64,000 bases of DNA from Sedimentisphaerales bacterium (GCA_963667715.1 OY763926.1:2138201-2202200), one strand, 5' to 3'. Positions 10,625-21,406 are shown, numbered from the stretch's first letter. The notes: generated by a model not told the origin, from the sequence alone. A program made the numbers and translations.

Positions 10625-13600
10625 ATGAAATGGGTTTTATTCGCTGGTATATTATTAATATTATCTTCATCTTTATTGGCATTGGATGGTAATGGGCTAT
10701 CAGATAATCCTTATTTGATCCAGACTCAGGATGATTTCGATGAATTTGCTGACGTGCAAAATGCAGATGTCTTTTGGGCTAGTGGTGTTTATATAAGATT
10801 GGATACAGATCTTGATCTGACAGGTAAGGAATACGACCGGGCAGTGATAGCTCCTGATATCGATAACACTCTCTGGGAATATGACGGCATATCTTTCTCA
10901 GCTTTTTTTGATGGAAACGATCATACAATTAGTAATCTTTCCATCGACTCAATAAATGCAGATAACGATTATATTGCTCTGTTCGGTCAGATTAGTGGCG
11001 AAAACTCTGAGATAAAAGATCTTACGCTTATTAATTGCTCAGTTAAAGGTGGAAATAGTTCCCAGTATACCGCCGGAATAGTAGCTTTTAATGACTCTGG
11101 AACTGTTCATAATTGTTCGGTATATGGTTCAATTAATGGTAGGGAAGCAGGAGGTATTTGTGGTCAAAACTCACATGGTGAAATTACAGACTGTTTTGCA
11201 AATGTAACTATCTATAGTAGGGCTACCGCAGGTGGCATATGCAGTACAAATTACTTTGGTAGTATTCTGGACTGTCATGCTGAAGGAACCGTTGAAGGTC
11301 GTTATGACGCTAATTACATCAGCGGACTTTGCGGCCTTAATACAAGTAGTACCATCCAAAGATGTTCTTCCTCGGTGAGAGTAATTGGTGGTGATGAGTA
11401 TGCTGGCGGATTATGCGGCTTTAATTATTCTGACAGCTGTATTAGTGAATGTTATGCTACTGGTAATGTTACCGGCGATAAATATATTGGTGGATTTGTC
11501 GGTAGAAATACCGGCGCCGTTATTAACGACTCATATTGTACTGGCAATGTTTTGATTAGGAGCTACGGACAGTTCTCTGGCGGTTTTTGCGGCGAAAACT
11601 CTGGAACCGTACAAAACTGTTATTCTATTGGCAAAATTGACAATTCCAACTTTCCAAGATACTATGGCGGTTTCTGCGGCTCTACCGATCGAAGTGTAAT
11701 TCAAAACTGTTACTGGAGCGAGGATACTGAGTATCTGCCAGGACTGGGATCTCTGATATACAGTGCTGGTGGTTACCGGTTATCCAGTAATCAGATGAAG
11801 TCCGAGTCAAACTACCTTGGCTGGCACAATGGACTTTGGAAGATTGAAGAAGGCATTGATTATCCGCGTCTTGCTTGGGAAAATAAACCTGGTACAGTAA
11901 TTGATCATGTTGAAAATAAAACATATTACGGCAATGGAACTGATCAGCCTTATGAGCTTGCAAATGCAGACGATATTGTATGTATGTCAAAGCGGCCGCA
12001 GGACTGGGATAAAAAGTTTATCCTGGTAGCAAATATCGATATGTCCAGTGTTTTGGACTATTCTCCTGTTTCCTGCTTTACCGGAAGTCTCGATGGCCAA
12101 AACTTCACTATTAGTAACTTCACCATAGATGCATCTTCAGACGGTAACAACCATTGTCTGGGTTTTCTTGGCGTATTACAATATGGTGGTGCCGTTAAAA
12201 ATGTTAAGGTTGAAAATGTTAGTATTACCTGCGGTACTTTTGGGCGGTTTCTGGGTGGACTCTGCGGCCTGAATAATTCCGAGGAAATATATAACTGTCA
12301 TGTCACCGCCAGTTTTAATACAGGTGATTCCACCAGAAGCGTAGGCGGACTTTGCGGCTATAATAACTGTGGCCCCATCAGTTATTCAAGTGCAAACACG
12401 ACTTTTGCGGTTCCAATGGAGGCTCAATATTATGGCGGGCTTTGCGGAAATAATGCTGGACTAGGTATTGTTGAGCGATGCAAGGCTCAAATCAACTGCA
12501 CGCAAAATTGGGGAACTCAGGCTGTCGGTGGCTTGTGCGGAGCAAATTTCGGGACCAGCAAGATTTCTGAATCATTCTCTACCGGTACAATTGCAAATGA
12601 CCGAAGTGGTAATAAAGTCGGCGGACTATGTGGTTTGAACAATGGTGAAATCAGTAATTGCTACAGCCTCGTAGCTATCGATAACTTTTCTGCTTCTCCT
12701 ATAAGTGGTGGCTTGTGTGGCTGGCTCGAAGATGGTACTATCAGCGATTGTTTTTCAGCTGGTGCTATGACAGGGGAGCAATTGCAGCCAAATAGCTTTT
12801 GCGGTTTAATCCGTGACGCTGATATCTCAGCATCTTTCTGGGATAATGAACTATCACCACAATCTGCTTATTACGTTGGTGTCGAAGGTAAAACAACACT
12901 TGAGATGTACGCAAAGAGCACCTTTACTTATGCCGGGTGGGACTTTACCAGCGACGACGGCAATCCTGCACTTTGGCAGGCAAGATATAAGGACTATCCT
13001 CATTTCATATGGGAAGGGCTTTCTACTCAATATGTCACAGTACCAGACTTAGAGCGTATGCTCAAAGCTGATGCAATTACTGCCATTGTTGATGCCGGCC
13101 TTACTGTTGGCTCGATTACAATTGCAGAAAACGCAGATGTGCCGCTAAACAGTGTGATTAGCCAATCGTATCCGGCAGGTACTTCATTAGAAGTATGGAC
13201 GGCAATTAACTTAATTGTTACACGTGAGCCTGAGATGGTTACTGTCCCTGATGTTATTGGCACTACTCAGTCAGACGCTGAAAATGCCATTATAGCGGCT
13301 GGTTTTGCCGTCGGGACGGTCACAACATCATATAATGCTTCAGTCCCGGCTGGTACTGCAATGGCCCAGTCGCCAGCTGGTGGAACAACATATCTTGAAG
13401 GTTCAGATATTGCCCTTACGATCTCGCTTGGTTCTGCAATTTCAGGATCAGGTACAGAGTCTGAACCGTTTATGATTGATTCAATTGATGCTTATCTTGA
13501 ATTTTCAGACCTTGACAACTCTGCTATATATTGGGCTCCATATGTTCATACGCATTTGACTTCTGACCTTGACCTGGCAGATGTTTCCGTCAGTCGGATT

Positions 13601-15346
13601 GGGATTTCTGATAGCATGTGTTACCAGGGCTTCTTTAATGGCAACTCTCATACAATTTCAAATTTGACTATAAATGTACCAGAAGATTATTATGTTGGCA
13701 TGTTCGGTAGAATCAATGCTTCAGCTAAGATAACAAATCTCCTTCTCCAAAGCCCAGTGGTTACCGGTGAGTATTACGTCGGCGCCCTTTGCGGTTATAA
13801 CGATGGCGGCAGTATCACTCTTTGTGGTGTAGATTCAGCCTATATAGTTGGCGATGAGTGTGTGGGTGGTCTTATTGGAGAAAGTGCCTGGCATACGAAC
13901 ACTGACGATACCTTTATAGTTCCCAAAATTGATCGGTGCTATTCAACGGGACAGGTTAATGGCCAAAGTAAGATTGGCGGACTTGTTGGGCAAAGCAGTG
14001 TTTCGCAGATGCTAAGGTCTTTTTCAACAGCTAATGTAAATGGCAACCTGAATATTGGTGGTTTGATTGGTTTGCATTATGGTCATGTCCCGGTAGCAAA
14101 CTGTTTTTCGCAGGGGGATGTCTGGGGACAGGGTAATGTTGGAGGTATGGTTGGTGTTAGTTATGCTGTCGATACTGATTGTGGATTTAGCAATTGCTAT
14201 TCCAGTGGCCAGGTGAATGGGACGAACTCTACCGGTGGACTGATTGGTAAAAACTATAGTGGTGTCAATTTCCATAGTTGCTACTGGGATACCGATAGTA
14301 GTGGTCTTACATTCAGTGACGGCGGCGTAGGGAAGCCAACTCAGCAAATGCAAGATCAGGCAATATATCTTAATTGGGATTTTGATACCCCTGTGTGGAT
14401 GATTAACGGCCAAAACTACCCACGATTGATCTGGCATAGTCCTGACATTGATGATAATGGAATTGTAGATATTTCCGATTTTGCAATCCTTTCAGACAAC
14501 TGGCAGTTAGCCGTTAGTTCTTTGAACGGGGCAGATCTAAACGGAGATTCTAGTGTGAGTATCGATGATCTCATACTAATAGTTCAAAACTGGCTTTCTG
14601 TGGATGTGATAGCAAATCATGTTTCTGCTATAGAAAGTGCTACAGGGATAATGTATGGCAAACCAGATGATAGTAATGACACTGTCTATGTTTTTGAATT
14701 ATCAGTATATACAGATTCTAATGTTGAAAAAATAGAATTCCTTACCCCTGCTGGTTATTTATATGAAATCACTAATGAGCTGTATACCGAAACCTGTTCG
14801 CCTCATGGTTGCATTGAGACAGAATATGTATTCGATGAGGACGAAGCCGTAAATGTAGGTAACCAGCAATATGAATGGGTGTATGAAGCCTGTTTTAGCA
14901 ATATCGAATCACTAGATAATTATGGCGATGGCTGGTACGAATTCACCTTCTATCTTCCTAACGGCCGAATTGAGCAAAGCAGGTTGTTCTACGGCAATAC
15001 ATCCACTGGAGAAATTATTCCACAGCCAACTGAGGAGCCAGTCTTCACCTCTCCAACTCATGGCCAAAGTATATCGAATCCAATTACATTCTCATGGCAA
15101 GAATGCACCGATAGTAATGTATCATTTATTTATTTCGATGCCGAAAATGAAGACAACGATGACGAGATCGAATACGGCCAACTCGATAAATCTGTAACAA
15201 GTTTGGATGGGATAGATTTGAGTGCTGGTAGCTGGACGGCATATTTAAATCTTGTGGCTATAGACTCATCAATAAATATAGATGATATTGACGTCTTTAT
15301 AGCTAAGTTTACGGTTACCGAATTAGATTTCATTGTCGAACCATAA
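10625..15346 (+). CDS. Giant secreted GLUG-repeat protein with two PASTA domains, a dockerin-like module and a unique C-terminal domain
   Basis: ORF 10586..15346. ATG 10625 gives MKWVLFAGILLILSSSLLA, which looks like a signal peptide. Modules carry FSAFFDGNDHTISNL, FTGSLDGQNFTISNF and YQGFFNGNSHTISNL, with very regular GGxCG/GGLxG repeats. Two PASTA-type units are present: VTVPDLERMLKADAITAIVDAGLTVGSI... and VTVPDVIGTTQSDAENAIIAAGFAVGTV.... The dockerin-like stretch is DIDDNGIVDISDFAILSDNW...DLNGDSSVSIDDLILIVQNWL. Confidence 0.85.
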   Translation: MKWVLFAGILLILSSSLLALDGNGLSDNPYLIQTQDDFDEFADVQNADVFWASGVYIRLDTDLDLTGKEYDRAVIAPDIDNTLWEYDGISFSAFFDGNDHTISNLSIDSINADNDYIALFGQISGENSEIKDLTLINCSVKGGNSSQYTAGIVAFNDSGTVHNCSVYGSINGREAGGICGQNSHGEITDCFANVTIYSRATAGGICSTNYFGSILDCHAEGTVEGRYDANYISGLCGLNTSSTIQRCSSSVRVIGGDEYAGGLCGFNYSDSCISECYATGNVTGDKYIGGFVGRNTGAVINDSYCTGNVLIRSYGQFSGGFCGENSGTVQNCYSIGKIDNSNFPRYYGGFCGSTDRSVIQNCYWSEDTEYLPGLGSLIYSAGGYRLSSNQMKSESNYLGWHNGLWKIEEGIDYPRLAWENKPGTVIDHVENKTYYGNGTDQPYELANADDIVCMSKRPQDWDKKFILVANIDMSSVLDYSPVSCFTGSLDGQNFTISNFTIDASSDGNNHCLGFLGVLQYGGAVKNVKVENVSITCGTFGRFLGGLCGLNNSEEIYNCHVTASFNTGDSTRSVGGLCGYNNCGPISYSSANTTFAVPMEAQYYGGLCGNNAGLGIVERCKAQINCTQNWGTQAVGGLCGANFGTSKISESFSTGTIANDRSGNKVGGLCGLNNGEISNCYSLVAIDNFSASPISGGLCGWLEDGTISDCFSAGAMTGEQLQPNSFCGLIRDADISASFWDNELSPQSAYYVGVEGKTTLEMYAKSTFTYAGWDFTSDDGNPALWQARYKDYPHFIWEGLSTQYVTVPDLERMLKADAITAIVDAGLTVGSITIAENADVPLNSVISQSYPAGTSLEVWTAINLIVTREPEMVTVPDVIGTTQSDAENAIIAAGFAVGTVTTSYNASVPAGTAMAQSPAGGTTYLEGSDIALTISLGSAISGSGTESEPFMIDSIDAYLEFSDLDNSAIYWAPYVHTHLTSDLDLADVSVSRIGISDSMCYQGFFNGNSHTISNLTINVPEDYYVGMFGRINASAKITNLLLQSPVVTGEYYVGALCGYNDGGSITLCGVDSAYIVGDECVGGLIGESAWHTNTDDTFIVPKIDRCYSTGQVNGQSKIGGLVGQSSVSQMLRSFSTANVNGNLNIGGLIGLHYGHVPVANCFSQGDVWGQGNVGGMVGVSYAVDTDCGFSNCYSSGQVNGTNSTGGLIGKNYSGVNFHSCYWDTDSSGLTFSDGGVGKPTQQMQDQAIYLNWDFDTPVWMINGQNYPRLIWHSPDIDDNGIVDISDFAILSDNWQLAVSSLNGADLNGDSSVSIDDLILIVQNWLSVDVIANHVSAIESATGIMYGKPDDSNDTVYVFELSVYTDSNVEKIEFLTPAGYLYEITNELYTETCSPHGCIETEYVFDEDEAVNVGNQQYEWVYEACFSNIESLDNYGDGWYEFTFYLPNGRIEQSRLFYGNTSTGEIIPQPTEEPVFTSPTHGQSISNPITFSWQECTDSNVSFIYFDAENEDNDDEIEYGQLDKSVTSLDGIDLSAGSWTAYLNLVAIDSSINIDDIDVFIAKFTVTELDFIVEP

Positions 15347-15543
15347 AATGCCTTGTCTACCCATAAAAACGATGCATTCAGTCCCTCCGTATATGAAGCT
15401 TTGCATTAGTGCTTACATTTTATCACATTGGGGTTGCGGCTTGACCGTCCTAAGTTCTTTATGTATAATTATCTACTTGTATATTTGCGGCATTATTCGT
15501 AATGCCGTTCTAGTATTTGATGTGGTTTAGGTTAGAGTAGAAA

Positions 15544-17550
15544 ATGGCAAAGTTTAAGATAAAGAGCGATTTTGGCCCGGCTGGCGATCAGCCCGCAGCT
15601 ATTGCACAGCTGTATCAAGGCTTGATACAAGATCAGACATATCAGACACTTATGGGTGTAACCGGCTCTGGTAAGACCTTTACTATGGCCAATGTTATTG
15701 AAAAATATCAAAAGCCTGCTTTGGTAATCAGTCATAATAAAACTCTGGCCGCCCAGCTCTACGAGGAATTCAAAGAGATATTCCCTGATAATGCAGTAGA
15801 ATACTTCGTAAGTTACTACGATTACTATCAGCCGGAAGCTTATATCCCCCAGCGTGATATCTACATAGAAAAGGACGCCGCCAGAAACGACGATCTCGAC
15901 CGTCTCAGACTCAGTACTACTACCTCACTCCTTAGTCGTAGTGACACTATTGTAGTTGCCAGTGTATCCTGTATATTTGGTTTGGGTAGTCCTGACGATT
16001 ATAAAAACTACATTGTACCTCTGCGAGTTGGTTTAGAAATAGACCGTGACCAGATGCTCCTAGACCTAACAGCTATCAGCTACGAACGCAACGATATTGG
16101 TTTCGAACGTGGCCGTTTCCGTGTTAGAGGCGATGTGGTGGAAATATGGCCGGCTTATAACCAATATGCGGTGCGGGTCGAGTTCTTCGGCGATGAAATA
16201 GAAGCTTTATCTCTGATCAGCCCCGTTAGTGGCGAAATCCTTGCCAGTGAAACTCAGTTTTTCATATATCCTGCTAAACACTATGTTATGCCTGAGGATC
16301 GCGTTGATGAAGCAACCGCATCGATAGAAAAAGAGCTGAAGCAGCGTCTATACCAGCTTCGCGGCGAAGGTAAGCTGCTCGAAGCTCAGCGTCTCAACGC
16401 CCGTACCCGCTACGATATTGAAATGATACGTGAAGTTGGTTTTTGTAGTGGTATCGAAAATTACGCACGTCATATGGCAGCTCTGGCACCGGGTGCCAAA
16501 CCATTTACTCTGCTTGACTATTTCCCTGATGATTTCCTCATGCTCATCGATGAATCTCACGTTACTCTGCCTCAGTTGCGTGCTATGTACGCTGGTGACC
16601 GTAGCCGTAAACAGGTTCTCGTTGATCACGGTTTCCGTCTACCTAGTGCCATGGATAACCGTCCGCTACAGTTTGAGGAGTTCGAAGAAAGCTGGGATAA
16701 GGTAGTTTTCGTCTCTGCTACACCTGGCCCGTATGAGCTGGAACAGTGTAATGGTGAGGTTGTGGAGCAGGTTATTCGGCCAACAGGTCTGCTTGACCCG
16801 GAAATCTTTGTTGAGCCGGCCTCTGAACAGGTTCCTCATCTGCTCAAAGAAATTGAAAAACGTTGTTCTAAGCATGAGCGTGTTCTGGTGACGGTACTTA
16901 CTAAACGTCTGGCGGAAGACCTCAGTAACTACATTAAAGATAGTGGCTTCAAATGTGCCTATCTACATAGCGAAATTGATACTTTAGAGCGTGTGGATAT
17001 CCTCAAACAGCTTCGAGAAGGGCAGTTTGATGTGCTTGTTGGTGTGAATTTGCTCAGAGAAGGTCTCGACTTGCCGGAAGTGTCGCTTGTCGCTATTTTG
17101 GATGCTGACAAGGAAGGCTTCCTGCGTAGCGAAACAGCTCTTATCCAGACTATCGGCCGTACTGCTCGAAATGTCAATGCTCAGGTTATACTCTACGGCG
17201 ATAAAGTCACCCCGTCTATGCAGAATGCTATCGATGAGACCAATCGCCGCCGTGAATTGCAGAAAGAATACAACGAAACTCACGGTATTACTCCACAGAC
17301 CGTTAAAAAGGCGATACGTAAATCCCTTGAAACGGAGTTCCAGGCTCGCAAACTCGCTGAAGAGATCGTTACTCACGATGGTACTGAATTTGACCGTGAT
17401 GAGCTTATTAGTACTCTGGAAAAAGAAATGTTCGCTGCTGCTGAAGCTATGGAGTTTGAAAAGGCGGCACGACTCAGAGACCAGATCCAGGAGCTGAAAG
17501 ACGCTCCACAGGTCGGCAAAACTGTTAAAAAGAAAAGAAAAAAGAAATAA
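15544..17550 (+). CDS. uvrB: Excinuclease ABC subunit B
   Basis: 668 aa. The N-terminus [20 protein letters not shown] and the Walker A motif [12 protein letters not shown] are present. The helicase motifs and the C-terminal UVR-type segment [21 protein letters not shown] are typical of UvrB. Confidence 0.97.
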   Translation: MAKFKIKSDFGPAGDQPAAIAQLYQGLIQDQTYQTLMGVTGSGKTFTMANVIEKYQKPALVISHNKTLAAQLYEEFKEIFPDNAVEYFVSYYDYYQPEAYIPQRDIYIEKDAARNDDLDRLRLSTTTSLLSRSDTIVVASVSCIFGLGSPDDYKNYIVPLRVGLEIDRDQMLLDLTAISYERNDIGFERGRFRVRGDVVEIWPAYNQYAVRVEFFGDEIEALSLISPVSGEILASETQFFIYPAKHYVMPEDRVDEATASIEKELKQRLYQLRGEGKLLEAQRLNARTRYDIEMIREVGFCSGIENYARHMAALAPGAKPFTLLDYFPDDFLMLIDESHVTLPQLRAMYAGDRSRKQVLVDHGFRLPSAMDNRPLQFEEFEESWDKVVFVSATPGPYELEQCNGEVVEQVIRPTGLLDPEIFVEPASEQVPHLLKEIEKRCSKHERVLVTVLTKRLAEDLSNYIKDSGFKCAYLHSEIDTLERVDILKQLREGQFDVLVGVNLLREGLDLPEVSLVAILDADKEGFLRSETALIQTIGRTARNVNAQVILYGDKVTPSMQNAIDETNRRRELQKEYNETHGITPQTVKKAIRKSLETEFQARKLAEEIVTHDGTEFDRDELISTLEKEMFAAAEAMEFEKAARLRDQIQELKDAPQVGKTVKKKRKKK

Positions 17551-17573
17551 TAGCTTTCAATAATGGAATATTT

Positions 17574-18848
17574 ATGGAAACAATAGCAAAAAACGCAAGA
17601 CAGGCTTCGATCGTTACCGCATCTCTTTCAACTGAGGTTAAAAATGCTGCCTTAGCAGCTGTTATAAACGCAATGAACGCTGCTGCTGACGATATTTTCA
17701 AAGCTAATCAAGCCGATATGGACGCTGCTGTTGATGCTGGTCTGGCCAGTCCATTGGTAAAACGATTAAAATTTGACCGTGCCAAGCTTGACGGCGTAAT
17801 TGCCGGTATCGAGACCCTTATCGATCTACCTGACCCTGCCGGCCAGCGTATCGATGCTGTTAAGCTCGATAATGATCTCATCCTTGAACGCGTCCGCTGT
17901 CCGATCGGGGTACTTGGTATCGTATTTGAAAGCAGGCCTGACGCACTTGTCCAGATTTCTACCCTGGCTCTTAAAAGCGGCAATGCCGTATTGATGAAGG
18001 GCGGTAGTGAGGCGGCCAATACTAATCGTATCCTGGCTGACACTATATACAATGCTGCGGTCAAGGCTGGTCTGCCACAGGGCTGGATGGCTCTACTCGA
18101 AACCAGAGACGATGTAAAGGCCATGCTTGCTATGGATAAGTATATTGATCTGGTTATACCCAGAGGGTCAAATGCATTCGTTCAGTATATCATGAATAAT
18201 ACCAAGATACCTGTAATGGGACACGCCGACGGCATATGTCACGTCTATATTGACGATAAAGCCGATATTGACAAAGCGGTTAAAGTTGCTTTTGACAGTA
18301 AATGTCAATATCCAGCTGTATGCAATGCTATGGAAACTCTGCTGGTATCTGCCGAGATTGCTCCAACGGTTCTGCCCAAGCTCGCCGCCGAATATCAAAA
18401 AGCGAACGTCGAGCTCAGGGGAGACTCAAAAACATGCGACATTCTTGACAGTTGCGTTCCTGCAACAGAAGATGACTGGTCTACCGAATATAATGATATG
18501 ACCCTCTCGATCGCCATTGTTGACGATATGGCCCAGGCTATCGAACATATAAACAATTTCGGCTCTGGTCATACCGATTGCATCGTCACCGAAGATTCTG
18601 CTCGTGCTAAACAGTTCATGGCTCTCGTTGATTCTGCAAGCGTATTCCATAACTGCTCGACCCGATTCGCTGACGGCTTCCGTTACGGCCTGGGCGCTGA
18701 GGTTGGCATCAGTACCGGCAAGATCCACTCTCGTGGCCCGGTTGGCCTTGAAGGGCTAATGATTTACAAATGGCTCATGACCGGCAATGGCCACGCTGTC
18801 GCCGATTTTGAGCCAAATGGCAAACCATACCTCCACGAAAAGATATGA
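17574..18848 (+). CDS. proA: Gamma-glutamyl phosphate reductase (glutamate-5-semialdehyde dehydrogenase)
   Basis: 424 aa. Motifs VRCPIGVLGIVFESRPDALVQISTLALKSGNAVLMKGGSEA and FHNCSTRFADGFRYGLGAEVGIST are characteristic of ProA. The gene starts 23 nt after uvrB. Confidence 0.95.
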   Translation: METIAKNARQASIVTASLSTEVKNAALAAVINAMNAAADDIFKANQADMDAAVDAGLASPLVKRLKFDRAKLDGVIAGIETLIDLPDPAGQRIDAVKLDNDLILERVRCPIGVLGIVFESRPDALVQISTLALKSGNAVLMKGGSEAANTNRILADTIYNAAVKAGLPQGWMALLETRDDVKAMLAMDKYIDLVIPRGSNAFVQYIMNNTKIPVMGHADGICHVYIDDKADIDKAVKVAFDSKCQYPAVCNAMETLLVSAEIAPTVLPKLAAEYQKANVELRGDSKTCDILDSCVPATEDDWSTEYNDMTLSIAIVDDMAQAIEHINNFGSGHTDCIVTEDSARAKQFMALVDSASVFHNCSTRFADGFRYGLGAEVGISTGKIHSRGPVGLEGLMIYKWLMTGNGHAVADFEPNGKPYLHEKI

Positions 18849-18870
18849 TCAAATAATTATATAATATTTT

Positions 18871-18912
18871 CAGCCTTAGGATGACAGCAGTGTATGTCCT
18901 AAGGCTGTTTTT
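18871..18912 (+). terminator. Rho-independent terminator after proA
   Basis: Stem cagccttagga (18871-18881) / tcctaaggctg (18897-18907), followed by ttttt. Confidence 0.7.
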
Positions 18913-19172
18913 GTATAAAAGCTCTCCAGTTTAATAACATATTCTACAGTAAGTGATTACGTACAAATATGCGTTACCATATATCTGGTAGAAGTAGTAA
19001 TCTGATTAATATATTGCATAATTAAATAGTGGTAAACTTTAAGGCTTTATGTTATTGGACTACAAAAGTTGGTTTAATTAAGAATATTTGTAAAAAAATA
19101 TACTAAAATCACCTAATTAAGTCATAATATTTTGTAAGTATGATCATTTTTTGTAGGTGAGAGAAGTTTCAA

Positions 19173-19676
19173 ATGTCTAAAAAAGACGAATTTCTGGTAC
19201 AATTTGTAAAATCCAATAAGCAGCTGTTTGGGTATATCCTCTCTTTGGTGCCTTCCCATTCTGATGCCGAGGATATTCTTCAGGAAACCACCTGCATGCT
19301 GTGGGACAAATTCGAAGAATTTGAACCTGGCACCAATTTTCTGGCATGGTCTAAAAGTATTGCGAAAAATAAGGCCTTTGAACATTACCGAAAGAAAAAA
19401 AAGTCTCTGCACATAGATATTGATGTTCTTGAAAATATTTATGAAAAGCATAATGCTGGCGATATGGAAGAACATATGGCTGCTCTGAGGGGGTGTCTGG
19501 GCAAGCTGGAAGAAAACGATCTTAAGCTTATCCAGTTAAAGTTCCAGAATGGTATCTCTATTAAAGAGATTGCCCAGAACACTGATCGGTCAGTTCATAC
19601 CTTGTATAAAAGGATGGCTTGTTTGTATACTTTGCTCCAGTCATGTGTTAGAAAAACGCTATTGAGCTGGAGTTAA
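19173..19676 (+). CDS. ECF-type RNA polymerase sigma factor (sigma-70 family, regions 2 and 4)
   Basis: 167 aa. Region 2-like: DAEDILQETTCMLWDKFEEFEPGTNFLAWSKSIAKNKAFEHYRKKK. Region 4 HTH-like: ISIKEIAQNTDRSVHTLYKRM. An anti-sigma-like gene follows directly. Confidence 0.85.
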   Translation: MSKKDEFLVQFVKSNKQLFGYILSLVPSHSDAEDILQETTCMLWDKFEEFEPGTNFLAWSKSIAKNKAFEHYRKKKKSLHIDIDVLENIYEKHNAGDMEEHMAALRGCLGKLEENDLKLIQLKFQNGISIKEIAQNTDRSVHTLYKRMACLYTLLQSCVRKTLLSWS

Positions 19677-19690
19677 AATGACCTTGGTAG

Positions 19691-21406
19691 TTGTATGTAA
19701 GGAAATATACTGTGAACGTTAAAGAAATAGTTGAGTTCTATCAGAAAGTGATCGCTTCTCTGGAAGGTGACATCTCCGATGCCGACTTCCAGCAGATGAT
19801 GCTCAAGGTACAGGATGACCCTGAGGCAGCCTACTTCTATTCTGAGCTCATAAAGATACATACTAATCTCTGTTGCCCTAAGTTAGCGGATTCCGTTTTT
19901 AATGGTGAAGATGTTGTCATCTCGAAAGCTTATTACGACCTGATAAATGGACGTACTGATACTTGGATGGCCTTGCTTGAAACTGAGATAAGTGCACCAA
20001 GTACTCCAAAGATAATCGATAAATCACTTTCATTGCAAACTGGCTCAGAGTCTGTTACCAGAAAAATGAAACTCTCGCTTTATGCTTTTACTTTTGCCGC
20101 TGTTGCTATGATCTTTGTTGCAGTAATGCTTCAGATAAATACGATAAATAATATCATTTATAATCAACCACCTTCATTACCTGCAACATATCAGGAAGTT
20201 GCTACCTTGACCGAATCGGTTAATGCGGTTTTTGAAGATGAAGTAATTTCTGCTGATAGTCTATATCGTTTCTCTACAGATTCAATGCCGGTTGTGCTTA
20301 AAAGCGGTGTAGCTAAAATCGAGTTTGATACTGGTGTGTCAATGTTACTAGAGGGACCTGCTGAAATTACTTTTACTGCTGCTAATGAATGTTTCATGGA
20401 GTATGGAAGCATTTATGCATCAGTTTCAAAAAGTGGTTATGGTTTTACCGTATCGACTAACGATAGTCGTATTGTAGATCTTGGCACTGAGTTTGGGGTT
20501 ACTGCTGATAAAGATGGAAATGTAGAAATGCATGTACTCAAAGGTAAGACCAGTGTGATTGGCAAAAACAGTCGTAATGAATCTGTCTATATTGCTGGCC
20601 AGGCCTGTCGTATTGTTCGTAGTGTTGGTAGGCCGGTAAGTATTGCCTGTGATAAAAACAAATATATAAGAGTAATAAACTCAGAACAGGGAACATGCTG
20701 GAGGGGGCAGGATGTAGATCTTGCCAGTATTGTAGCTGGTGGTGATGGTGTTGATATACCAGATGACTTATGTGGTATTGATCCTCTTACTGGAGAGGTA
20801 AACGATATCCGAAAGCAAGACTATCAAAGATATGGAGATTTTCAGCTACATAGTGTCCCCAGCAGAGAATTTATTGATGGTGTCTTTGTGCCTGATGGCT
20901 CAAAACTGTTTAAAGTTACCTCTGATGGTCATGTTTTTAGAGAATGCCCAGTTACATCTAATTCTTATTGGTGTGATATTACCACTAATAATGTTGTCAA
21001 GAAGGATAGTTCCGAAGGCAGCAAGATGATAAATGTCAAACTTGGCGAAATGGAGTTTGGCAAGGGTTCTGGTAATGATATGATTTTCATGCATTCAAAT
21101 GCTGGTATAACATTTGACCTGGCAAAGATCAGAAATAAGTATAATATTAGTTTTAAGAGTTTCACTGCTGACTGTGGTGTAGTCTCTAATGTTGGTGTAC
21201 GCAGCAAGGCTGTAATGATGGTTCTCATTGACGGTGAATGTGTATATACAATGAACATTACTAGAGAAGGCAATGTTGAACCTGAGGAAATTGACCTTAA
21301 ACTCAATGATAAGGACAAGTTCCTTACTCTTGTTGTAGTTGACGGAGGAGATGAGAATGGCTATGATTGGTGTGTTTTCGCAAATCCCATTCTAAGAATT
21401 CGCTAA
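19691..21406 (+). CDS. FecR-family transmembrane anti-sigma factor with a C-terminal NPCBM-like domain
   Basis: The frame opens at TTG 19691, GTG 19712 is an alternative start, and there is no in-frame ATG nearby. The N-terminal cytoplasmic part is followed by one TM segment (LSLYAFTFAAVAMIFVAVMLQI). FecR-type segment: VAKIEFDTGVSMLLEGPAEITF...GFTVSTNDSRIVDLGTEFGV...VEMHVLKGKTSV. The C-terminus resembles NPCBM: FGKGSGNDMIFMHSNAGITFDL...FTADCGVVSN...LTLVVVDGGDENGYDWCVFANPIL. Confidence 0.75.
   Translation: MYVRKYTVNVKEIVEFYQKVIASLEGDISDADFQQMMLKVQDDPEAAYFYSELIKIHTNLCCPKLADSVFNGEDVVISKAYYDLINGRTDTWMALLETEISAPSTPKIIDKSLSLQTGSESVTRKMKLSLYAFTFAAVAMIFVAVMLQINTINNIIYNQPPSLPATYQEVATLTESVNAVFEDEVISADSLYRFSTDSMPVVLKSGVAKIEFDTGVSMLLEGPAEITFTAANECFMEYGSIYASVSKSGYGFTVSTNDSRIVDLGTEFGVTADKDGNVEMHVLKGKTSVIGKNSRNESVYIAGQACRIVRSVGRPVSIACDKNKYIRVINSEQGTCWRGQDVDLASIVAGGDGVDIPDDLCGIDPLTGEVNDIRKQDYQRYGDFQLHSVPSREFIDGVFVPDGSKLFKVTSDGHVFRECPVTSNSYWCDITTNNVVKKDSSEGSKMINVKLGEMEFGKGSGNDMIFMHSNAGITFDLAKIRNKYNISFKSFTADCGVVSNVGVRSKAVMMVLIDGECVYTMNITREGNVEPEEIDLKLNDKDKFLTLVVVDGGDENGYDWCVFANPILRIR

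Noticed and set aside
16984-18124. Antisense or alternative-frame ORFs inside uvrB and proA (e.g. 16984-17376, 17087-17497, 17708-18124).
   Set aside because: They lie fully inside genes with unambiguous family signatures, and their products are low-complexity (Ser/Arg/Leu-rich). Similar shadow ORFs were discarded for the same reason: 59957-60400 and 60535-61026 (rluB), 55890-56303, 62407-63338, 11171-14437, 20191-21318 and 21621-21995.
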